Assembly (NCBI RefSeq): GCF_001194135.2
Contig: NC_069002.1
Location: 7,495,242-7,546,107, forward strand
Source: Octopus bimaculoides
Lineage: Eukaryota
Direction: 5' to 3'
DNA length: 50,866 bases
The notes under the pieces were generated by a model. The model was not told the origin of the DNA. It ran no database searches and saw nothing but the letters and a program-made list of their open reading frames with translations. Made by a program: the position numbers and the translations under genes. Of the stretch, positions 39,193 through 50,866 are shown in pieces; the first letter of the stretch is position 1, and each line of letters begins with the position of its first letter.

Positions 39193-39986
39193 CATGGTTT
39201 CCGTTGTGTTTCTCCTATCCAGTCTTTTCGAATGCGCATATTTGTGATAATTACATTCTCAGTGGCTTTACTAATTAAATGTTTAATTAATTATAATCGT
39301 CGATAAATATGTTTTATTTGATTGTCATAATTTTGTGTTTAAAATGTTTATAGGTTTTGGTAATGCTGCTGTTATGACTGTGCTTGCGATGATGCTGCTA
39401 CCCCCTGCTGCTGCTACTGCTGCTGCTGTCCCTGCTATTAATATTCTTGTTGTTCGTGTTGTCATTACACTTCCTTGAATTGTAGTTGTCACTATTGTTG
39501 TTGTTTTGCAAAGTTCTTCCATTGGATTTCAATATTTTGCTTTCTCAAAATATAAATTATTCTTCAAATTGTTTCGTTTTGTTCTATTTTATTATTATTA
39601 TTATTATCATTATTAATTAATTATTTAATTAACGAAAACGTCAATGTAAAGATGGATAAAAAAAAAATATTAAAAAGAACTGAAAAACAACGAAAAACTG
39701 AAGACACAGGATAGTTCCTTGTTATTGTTGTTGATGTTGTTGTGCTTGAAATTTCTATTTGTATTTATTTTTCTTTTTTTTTTGCTGGTCATTTGTAAAT
39801 GTAAGGGTGTATATGCATGTGTATGAATATGTATACATTTGTGATGTATTACTTTATATTCTTTGTTTACTCTCTTTCTTTCTCTGTCTCTCTTTTATAA
39901 TTCTCTTTACAGTTTTATTTAAATTTATATTTTTCCATTTTGTAAGTATTTTTTTCCCTCTTATTTCCGTCTGTCCTTTAACCATT

Positions 39987-41015
<1,029 letters not shown>

Positions 41016-41129
41016 AAACAAATTCATAATTTTCTTGTTTTTTTCTTAAACATTTTCTAGAACAATATTATGTGCAAAAACTAAATGTATGATTATATAC
41101 ACGTGTGTGTGTGTGTATACACCCCCACC

Positions 41130-41169
<40 letters not shown>

Positions 41170-42043
41170 ACACNNNNNNNNNNNNNNNNNNNNNNNNNNN
41201 NNNNNNNNNNNNNNNNNNNNNNNNNNNNNNNNNNNNNNNNNNNNNNNNNNNNNNNNNNNNNNNNNNNNNNNNNNNNNNNNNNNNNNNNNNNNNNNNNNNN
41301 NNNNNNNNNNNNNNNNNNNNNNNNNNNNNNNNNNNNNNNNNNNNNNNNNNNNNNNNNNNNNNNNNNNNNNNNNNNNNNNNNNNNNNNNNNNNNNNNNNNN
41401 NNNNNNNNNNNNNNNNNNNNNNNNNNNNNNNNNNNNNNNNNNNNNNNNNNNNNNNNNNNNNNNNNNNNNNNNNNNNNNNNNNNNNNNNNNNNNNNNNNNN
41501 NNNNNNNNNNNNNNNNNNNNNNNNNNNNNNNNNNNNNNNNNNNNNNNNNNNNNNNNNNNNNNNNNNNNNNNNNNNNNNNNNNNNNNNNNNNNNNNNNNNN
41601 NNNNNNNNNNNNNNNNNNNNNNNNNNNNNNNNNNNNNNNNNNNNNNNNNNNNNNNNNNNNNNNNNNNNNNNNNNNNNNNNNNNNNNNNNNNNNNNNNNNN
41701 NNNNNNNNNNNNNNNNNNNNNNNNNNNNNNNNNNNNNNNNNNNNNNNNNNNNNNNNNNNNNNNNNNNNNNNNNNNNNNNNNNNNNNNNNNNNNNNNNNNN
41801 NNNNNNNNNNNNNNNNNNNNNNNNNNNNNNNNNNNNNNNNNNNNNNNNNNNNNNNNNNNNNNNNNNNNNNNNNNNNNNNNNNNNNNNNNNNNNNNNNNNN
41901 NNNNNNNNNNNNNNNNNNNNNNNNNNNNNNNNNNNNNNNNNNNNNNNNNNNNNNNNNNNNNNNNNNNNNNNNNNNNNNNNNNNNNNNNNNNNNNNNNNNN
42001 NNNNNNNNNNNNNNNNNNNNNNNNNNNNNNNNNNNNNNNNNNN

Positions 42044-42085
<42 letters not shown>

Positions 42086-42389
42086 TATATATGCATATAT
42101 ATATAAAGATGTATTTTTACACATATATATATAGGTATATATATATGTGTTTATATGTATACGCATGTTTATATATGTATGTTAATAAGCATATGTATAT
42201 ATCTATCTATTTATTTGATATATATATAATATATATATATATGTATATATGTATATATATATATATATGTATGTATGAATGTATGTATGTATGCATGTAT
42301 AAATATTTGTGTGTATGTATTGGCATTATTCGCATGTAATTATGACTATATTTACGTACATTCTAATGAATATGTGTACGCACACATAA

Positions 42390-42428
<39 letters not shown>

Positions 42429-42492
42429 TGAGAGGCAGATAAATAATGGGATGTTGAAAATACATCAGTTAAGACAAATGACAAAGGGAAAC

Positions 42493-42548
<56 letters not shown>

Positions 42549-42691
42549 CTAGTAGTAGTAGTAGTTGAATGAGGTGCTGTTGGTGTAGATGTTGTTGCTA
42601 TTGTTGTCTTTGTTGCTGCTGCCGCTGCTGCTGCTGTTGTTGGCGGTGATGATGCTGTGTCTGATCGGTAGCCATTGAGAGGTGCTGACAT
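42493..42691 (-). CDS. Candidate upstream exon of the NK1 gene (Ala/Thr homopolymer-rich)
   Basis: MSAPLNGYRSDTASSPPTT-A7-...-T11-A7, then G|GTTTCC gives a phase-1 donor; G+AA forms GAA in frame with the 40543 exon (251 aa in total). The donor is weak and no eh1 motif is seen. Confidence 0.45.
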
Positions 42692-42702
42692 CTCTATTTA
42701 AA

Positions 42703-42741
42703 CAGGAAGTAAGGCGATGATTTCTACTTCCGACGGAAGTA
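42703..42741. promoter_or_regulatory. ETS-type motif cluster: CAGGAAGT plus the palindrome TACTTCCG-A-CGGAAGTA
   Basis: Perfect 8-bp inverted repeat at 42725-42741, 12-50 nt upstream of the candidate ATG. Confidence 0.3.
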
Positions 42742-42885
42742 TAAACTGAATAAGGATATCGTCGTCATCATCATCATCATCGTCGTCGTCGTCGTCATCT
42801 TTAGAAATATATATGTATTCATGTATTTATATACAGACATATTTATACCTATATATAAACACCTTTCCTATATACATTTTCCTAA

Positions 42886-42916
<31 letters not shown>

Positions 42917-42943
42917 TATATATACACATACAAACACACATAT

Positions 42944-43015
42944 GCGAATTTGAACTCAGAACGGAAAAATAGTCGATATCCTTTTAAGCATTTCGCCCGG
43001 CATGCTACAGATTCT
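42944..43015 (-). mobile_element. Partial SINE family A head abutting the next copy
   Basis: GAATTTGAACTCAGAACG...TAAGCATTTCGCCCGGCATGCTACAGATTCT. Confidence 0.75.
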
Positions 43016-43240
43016 TTTCTACTCTAGGCACAAGGCCTGAAATTTTGTGGGAGGGGGACATTAGATTAGATTGACTCCAGTACGCAACTGGTACTTAATT
43101 TATCAACCTTAATTTAATCGACCCCGAAAGGATGAAAGGCAAATTCGACCTCGGAGGAATTTGAACTCAGAACGCAGTGACAGGCGAAATACCGCTAAGC
43201 ATTTCGTCCGACGTGCTAACGCTTCTGCCAGCTCACCGCC
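43011..43240 (-). mobile_element. SINE family A, full length, tail subtype 2
   Basis: Runs from the ATTCTTTTCTACTCTAGGCACAAGG tail to ...CTGCCAGCTCACCGCC; small internal duplication of TAATTT(A)ATC. Confidence 0.9.
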
Positions 43241-43593
43241 AATTTGGTAAGAATATCTTTGGATCTATTGTTGTCAGAACGCAAATCGTTAGAGAGGATA
43301 ACCCAAGGAACCTACCAGGATACTCTGCCAGTGAAACAAATGCATTAGCCCCGATTTTTCTTCAATTTGTCAAATTTTAGGGGATAAAAGCAACATTGAC
43401 CATGGCGGAGATTGATCTCTGATGCAGTACAGTCAGATGGCCGTCTGTTTGATGACCTTGCGTCTATTCAAGATACACACGCGCAGATATACAAATGAAC
43501 ATACACACATACATAGATATAAATACACATGCATGAATGTACGCATGCATAGATATGTACGTATACGGGTGCATGCGTAATAATATATATTGA

Positions 43594-43797
43594 TTTCAAA
43601 TTATGGCACAAGACCAGCATTTTGGGGGTTCGAGATAAGTCGATTACATCGACCCCAGCGTTCTCACTGATACATAATTTATCGACCCCGAAAGAATTAA
43701 CGAAAAGTGGACCTCGGCGGAATTTGAACTCGGAACGTATTGACGGACAAAATGCTATTAGCACTTTCTCCGGTGTGCTAACGATTCCACCAGCTTG
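43594..43797 (-). mobile_element. SINE family A, near full length, tail subtype 1
   Basis: TTTCAAATTATGGCACAAGACCAGCA...GTCGATTACATCGACCCCAG...GGAATTTGAACTC...GCTAACGATTCC. Confidence 0.9.
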
Positions 43798-44279
43798 CAG
43801 AGAGAGAGAGAGAGAGAGANNNNNNNNNNNNNNNNNNNNNNNNNNNNNNNNNNNNNNNNNNNNNNNNNNNNNNNNNNNNNNNNNNNNNNNNNNNNNNNNN
43901 NNNNNNNNNNNNNNNNNNNNNNNNNNNNNNNNNNNNNNNNNNNNNNNNNNNNNNNNNNNNNNNNNNNNNNNNNNNNNNNNNNNNNNNNNNNNNNNNNNNN
44001 NNNNNNNNNNNNNNNNNNNNNNNNNNNNNNNNNNNNNNNNNNNNNNNNNNNNNNNNNNNNNNNNNNNNNNNNNNNNNNNNNNNNNNNNNNNNNNNNNNNN
44101 NNNNNNNNNNNNNNNNNNNNNNNNNNNNNNNNNNNNNNNNNNNNNNNNNNNNNNNNNNNNNNNNNNNNNNNNNNNNNNNNNNNNNNNNNNNNNNNNNNNN
44201 NNNNNNNNNNNNNNNNNNNNNNNNNNNNNNNNNNNNNNNNNNNNNNNNNNNNNNNNNNNNNNNNNNNNNNNNNNNNNNN

Positions 44280-44328
<49 letters not shown>

Positions 44329-44520
44329 AACACACAGACACACACATACATATGTGAGTTAGTGTATACATGCATAAACCCCACCACACACAGGATATTC
44401 ATATTCACCTCATTTGATTTCATATATTCCCTAATTGTGGCCCATTACGATACGTTTTACTTTAGCTATCATTCGCCTCAGTCTGCAAAATTATTAAAAA
44501 TATATAATAACACGCATCAA

Positions 44521-44604
44521 TACTATAGAACATATACAACATATACTATAGAACATATACAACATATACTATAGAACATATACTTTACAACATATACTAT
44601 AGAA
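44521..44604. repeat. 23-nt minisatellite, about 3.5 copies
   Basis: TACTATAGAACATATACAACATA units start at 44521, 44544 and 44567. Confidence 0.9.
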
Positions 44605-44907
44605 ATACAAAATATGTAAAACGCTAAAAGAAAGAAAAAAAATCTAAAAAACCAAACCCCACCAAAAATATACAATATAAAATTGTGAAATATAAAATAT
44701 ATTGTATGAATTCATCGGCCGCCAACAACGCGTAGGAAAATAAATAGACATAAAATTTTTAAACGAAATATTTCAGCATTTCTAATCATTTGGAAAATTG
44801 GATTAAACACCTTATAATAGATAACAGCAATTATATTAAATGTAGTAATATTTATATAAAATTGAACCGAAGGAGAGTGTACGTATCTATGCATGTATGT
44901 ATGTATG

Positions 44908-44940
<33 letters not shown>

Positions 44941-45597
44941 NNNNNNNNNNNNNNNNNNNNNNNNNNNNNNNNNNNNNNNNNNNNNNNNNNNNNNNNNNNN
45001 NNNNNNNNNNNNNNNNNNNNNNNNNNNNNNNNNNNNNNNNNNNNNNNNNNNNNNNNNNNNNNNNNNNNNNNNNNNNNNNNNNNNNNNNNNNNNNNNNNNN
45101 NNNNNNNNNNNNNNNNNNNNNNNNNNNNNNNNNNNNNNNNNNNNNNNNNNNNNNNNNNNNNNNNNNNNNNNNNNNNNNNNNNNNNNNNNNNNNNNNNNNN
45201 NNNNNNNNNNNNNNNNNNNNNNNNNNNNNNNNNNNNNNNNNNNNNNNNNNNNNNNNNNNNNNNNNNNNNNNNNNNNNNNNNNNNNNNNNNNNNNNNNNNN
45301 NNNNNNNNNNNNNNNNNNNNNNNNNNNNNNNNNNNNNNNNNNNNNNNNNNNNNNNNNNNNNNNNNNNNNNNNNNNNNNNNNNNNNNNNNNNNNNNNNATA
45401 TATATATATATATGCCAAAAATTAATCTATATGCGTGTGTTTTTGTGTGTGAGAAAGTGAGAGCATGTGTGCGTGTGTGTGTGTGTGTGTGTTTGTGCGT
45501 GTGATCATCCAAAGGAAGTAGATATCGATACGTATATGAAAAAGTATGTAAGTATATATACTGTGGAAATGTGTGCGGACAACGCACGAGAAAAAAT

Positions 45598-45643
<46 letters not shown>

Positions 45644-46088
45644 TCGAAATTCGCAGCCTAACTTAATTACACAGAAAATATTGTTAGAAAGAGATGAGCA
45701 AACTGAGAGATAGTATGGATAAACGAAATGGAAGATTCAGTGAATGAAAGGATGGTAGATAGGACTGCATAATAACTAAAAACAAAATAAAAGAAAAAAA
45801 AAAGGAATGAAGCAAAAATATGAAGATTTTCCGTAACCTTTGACCGTAGAAATATATCAAGCGAAACGTATTCTGCTATTGGAAATTATCTACTTAGCGG
45901 AATCTGATCATAAACTGAAATGTTGTACTTAAAATGGATGATCCAGGCCTTGAGTTAATCGCTATGATGAAAGAAACAATTTATCAAATATGTATATAGT
46001 GTATAGTACTCTTAGAAATGTGTCTGCCGCGTATATGTATGCGAGTATATATATATGCATATATACATACATACATACNNNNNNNNNN

Positions 46089-46153
<65 letters not shown>

Positions 46154-47484
46154 GTATCTCTATATGTGTGCATGTGTGTACGTACATGTATATACATATA
46201 TATATATATATGTGTGTGTATACGTGGGTGGCTATATGTGTCTGTGTACGTATTTGCATATGCTTGAGTTTGTGTGTCCGTTTAGACATACCTATATGCC
46301 TCTATGTGTGTATGTGTGAATGCTTCTGTATACATACATCCATATATACATACAGGCAAAGACACACGTACTCACACCCATATGTACACACACACACACA
46401 CACACGCATATATGTATGCATATATGTAAATGTATATACATATACATATATATATTTTTATATACATATATAAATATATATATATATACTTACATATACA
46501 CACACACATTTACATTGGTGCATATAATAAAAATGTGTCTCAATAAAATAAAATAAAAATGGCATACAAACTTTCAGTAACTCAAAAAATATGCAATTAT
46601 TTCCCTTCGCAATAAATATATATATATATTTGTATTTGTTTGTTTAATTTTATTTTTTGAGTTATATATTTCTCAAATCGGTTGTTAAATATTGCTAATA
46701 TAAGCCCCATTATATTGTAGCAGCGGCCATGTTTAAATGGCGGCCTTTTGTAAACATCTAGTCTATATAAAACGGAAGATGATTGGAAAAGAAATAAAAA
46801 ACCTTGAAATATCTACGTCAAGGAAGAAATGTTATTATGAGTTTTGCATATGTGGCCGTTCCATTAGCTAGAAATAGTTAACAAATTTACTGTGTCGCGC
46901 CGTATCGTCTGATTCAAGGAAGGGCATTTTAGGTAATTATTTTCTTGTTATAACATGGTTATCGGTACTACGAGCAACCCACAAGACCTAGGGCCAAAAA
47001 CAAAATAAGAAAAGACAAAATTGAATAGAAATCAAGAGGAAAATCTATAAGTTAATGATTTATCTTGCTAATATATAACTTCTGTATTATGTCTGTTGGA
47101 TCTTATATTAGAGAGGTAAATCAAGGGAGATAAATAGAGAAGATGAAGTGAATGAAGTGAATGAAGTGAATTACGTAGGGCATAAGCATGTGTGTGTGTT
47201 TTGTGTGTGTGCGTGCGTGTATGTGCGTGTGTGTGTGTTTGTGTGTGTGTATATGTTGGTGTGTCTGTGTGTGTGTGTGTATGCATGCGTAAGTGCAGAT
47301 AGTTTAAATGGAGACAGATAAATATAAATACAATATATGAACACACACATATAATGATGTAAGTAAATATATAGACTATTAGATTGATTGGTAGGCAGAT
47401 AGACAGGCACACAAACACATGAACAGATAGACGGACGGAGAGAGAAGTAACTAAAAAGACAGATGGATAAATAGACAGAACAGA

Positions 47485-47525
<41 letters not shown>

Positions 47526-47669
47526 TGTGTGTGTGTGTGTGTGCGTGTGTGTGTGTGACAGACAGACATACAGTTATCTATCTATCTATCCATCCATCAA
47601 GATAGATATACAAGTAGACTGAGAGACTGAAAGATAGATAGATAGATAGATAGATATATAGACAGAGAC

Positions 47670-47717
<48 letters not shown>

Positions 47718-49251
47718 TCAGTAAGCGATCAACACATACGTTACAGTGGTTAAATGCTGTTCAGTTACCAGCCAGCATGATAATTTCAGAAGATAAAATG
47801 GAGGCTTGGAAGAAGCGAAAGGAGAGGGAGAGAGAATTGCTTTCGCAAAGCCCAAGAATAAAAAAAATAAAAAATAACAATAATAATAATAATAATAATA
47901 ATAGAAAAGAAAAAAATAATAAATAAGACCGTCTTATAAAAGACATTTCAGAAAAACTCGAAGACAAGGAATATAAAACATGAAAAACATGACACGACAA
48001 GGTGAATAATAAGATATAAATTAGAGAAAGTTCTTGCTAACAACAAGATTCACAGATGTACGTGATGGCAATATCTTACATAATGCTACATGCAGGAATA
48101 CTGATACTAGAAAAAGAAAAAAAAAAGTGTTGAAAGGAGGAGGAAAAAAAGGCTAACAAAAAATATAGAGAGTCAAAGAAACGAAACGAAACGAAAATGA
48201 ATAGAAGCCACGTCTATGTAATAAAGGAGGTGAGAATGAGAGAGAGAAGGGGGTTATGGTGGTGGTGGTGGTGCTGGCGGTGAAAAGAGAGGAGTTGAGG
48301 GTGTGTGATTGTGAGGAGAGGAGAGGGGGAGGGAAAGAATGTACATAGATGCATGGATTGATGTTGGGAGGGAGGGATGGAGGGAGGGATGTGATGAAAG
48401 GCAGTTAAGGACGTATGGAAAAGAAAAGAAAATATTGAGAAGAAGAAGAAGAAGAAGAAGAAGAAGAAGAAGGAGGAGGAGGAGGAGGAGGGGGAGGAGA
48501 AGAAGAAGTAGAAGTAGAAGAAGAAGAAGAAGAAGAAGAAGAAGAAGAAGAAGAAGAAGAAGATGATGACGACGATGATGATGATGATGATGAGCATGAT
48601 GAAGAAATCTATGTTAAAACAACTCAATACAACTGGAGTAAAATCTTTGCTATAGGTGCTGTCTTACAGCTATAAGTTATCATCTCTGCTTACTTTGATG
48701 TTGTTGATGTAGTAATAAACTGGTGGATTCCGAGGTAACGTTTATATTTTAAATGCTGTTGACAACACATGATTGAATAGTACTGCACAGGTGTCGAAAC
48801 CACAATGATATCTGTTTGGCAGCTGATGGTGGGCATTCACATTTGAATGCTTGACTGCGAATTTCTTATATCTTAGCCTCGTATTCTGTGTTGCCCTTCA
48901 TTTTTATGAAGTGGAATATGTTTGTTGATTCATAGTTTGTGGAGGGTTCACTTACAGTGGTATTATGGGGTTTCCTTCTAAGTTAATCCTATTAGGCTTG
49001 AATAACGCTTAAAAGTTAGTTAGTCTACCATATCTATTCGGCTAATTATTTCACCCTAGACCCCTGGAACCTATTTTATCGCCCTGTCTTTGTCCCCGCC
49101 TCCACCGTTCGATTACCAGATATACATAAACAACAACACCATAGTTTTCCTTCTTCTTGATTGGTGTGTAAATACATCGTAAATACATACGAACGTACAC
49201 AAAAATAAACAAGTATATACCTAGATACTACACACACACACACACACATTG

Positions 49252-49447
49252 TTTCGAAGCTTGACTCAAGGCCAAGGTGGATTAAATAGAATACATCGGT
49301 CATAGTATCCAACGGTACTTATTTTATTGACGCCCGAGAAGATGAAAGCCAAAATCGACCTCAGCGGAATATGAACTCAGATCGTAAAGACGGACAAAAT
49401 AATGCTATTCATTTTTTTTACGGTGTGCTAGCGATTCTGCCAGCCCA
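49252..49447 (-). mobile_element. Degenerate SINE family A copy
   Basis: GGTACTTATTTTATTGACGCCCGAGAAGATGAAAGCCAAAATCGACCTCAGCGGAATATGAACTCAG...GCTAGCGATTCTGCCAGC. Confidence 0.85.
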
Positions 49448-50000
49448 ACGCATTGATATACAAAATGTAANNNNNNNNNNNNNNNNNNNNNNNNNNNNNN
49501 NNNNNNNNNNNNNNNNNNNNNNNNNNNNNNNNNNNNNNNNNNNNNNNNNNNNNNNNNNNNNNNNNNNNNNNNNNNNNNNNNNNNNNNNNNNNNNNNNNNN
49601 NNNNNNNNNNNNNNNNNNNNNNNNNNNNNNNNNNNNNNNNNNNNNNNNNNNNNNNNNNNNNNNNNNNNNNNNNNNNNNNNNNNNNNNNNNNNNNNNNNNN
49701 NNNNNNNNNNNNNNNNNNNNNNNNNNNNNNNNNNNNNNNNNNNNNNNNNNNNNNNNNNNNNNNNNNNNNNNNNNNNNNNNNNNNNNNNNNNNNNNNNNNN
49801 NNNNNNNNNNNNNNNNNNNNNNNNNNNNNNNNNNNNNNNNNNNNNNNNNNNNNNNNNNNNNNNNNNNNNNNNNNNNNNNNNNNNNNNNNNNNNNNNNNNN
49901 NNNNNNNNNNNNNNNNNNNNNNNNNNNNNNNNNNNNNNNNNNNNNNNNNNNNNNNNNNNNNNNNNNNNNNNNNNNNNNNNNNNNNNNNNNNNNNNNNNNN

Positions 50001-50866
50001 ATATGCATGCATGCTTACATAAATACATACATACATTCGTGCATACATACATGCATACATGCATACATGCATACATACATGATAACATGCGCACGCACAC
50101 TCACATACAAACACACATACGCACCAAAGCGCACGCGCACATATTTGTGGTGGGAGCGTTTGCGGGCGTGTGTGATGCGTGACGTGTGTGAATATACAGA
50201 GTTGACACCATTGACAAAATACAACCAACAGCACATCAGTTGTACAAACCTGTATGTCAGCAATTAGCTGACATTAAATTGAATACATGACACTCAAATA
50301 ACTCCTTTATCCTCACTCCATCCCTCTCTCACACACTGTTTCTCAATCTTCACATTCTCTCTAAGACGCTCTCATTCTCTCTATACCTCCCTCCGTATCT
50401 CTCTTCCCCTCTCTCATTTTATCACCACTAAGCTTACTTTCTATGCTACCCTGTCCCTTTTACTATATATATATATATATATANNNNNNNNNNATAACCA
50501 CACACTCTCAAACGCGCTCGCGCACACACAGCAGGGTGCTACACAGTTTCCCACAATGTCAAATTTCTGTCACATAATTGATTAGGCCTAAGCAATATAT
50601 TCCAGACTTGCCGAACATCGGAATCGAAACAACCACCTGTTTAAGTACCCGAATTCATAACCAGAGCCCATATACAAACTTACATTCATACATAAATACA
50701 TACATACATACATACATACATGCATACAAATATGCATGCATGCTTACATAAATACATACATACATTCGTGCATACATACATGCATACATGCATACATGCA
50801 TACATACATGATAACATGCGCACGCACACTCACATACAAACACACATACGCACCAAAGCGCACGCG
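50001..50866. other. Exact 137-nt duplicate (50001-50137 = 50730-50866), probable assembly redundancy
   Basis: Identical sequence; the first copy starts exactly at a gap edge and a 10-N gap lies between the two copies. Confidence 0.7.

Overview
Repeat-saturated metazoan draft-assembly window. About 11 kb is N gaps, with dense (TA)n/(CA)n/(TAA)n/(CAT)n/(AGAT)n microsatellites; the repeat content looks like an octopus or other coleoid cephalopod (inference). Almost all ORF-track entries are microsatellite or gap artefacts. The only confident gene is an NK1/slouch (NKX1)-class homeobox gene on the minus strand: terminal coding exon 40543-39987 and a phase-compatible candidate upstream exon 42691-42493. 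Other content: several tRNA-headed SINE families; fossils of an RTE-type LINE, two R4/Dong-type LINE 3' ends and two mariner-like transposases; minisatellites; two kb-scale inverted repeat pairs; and two probable assembly duplications. The most unexpected element is at 34885-35024 (+): a minimal type I hammerhead ribozyme core (CUGAUGA...GAAA, palindromic stem III ACCCGGGU, GUC cleavage triplet) capping a roughly 140-nt rod-like hairpin, resembling Penelope/retrozyme hammerheads. All family assignments come from reading the sequence and recalled consensus motifs; no searches were run.
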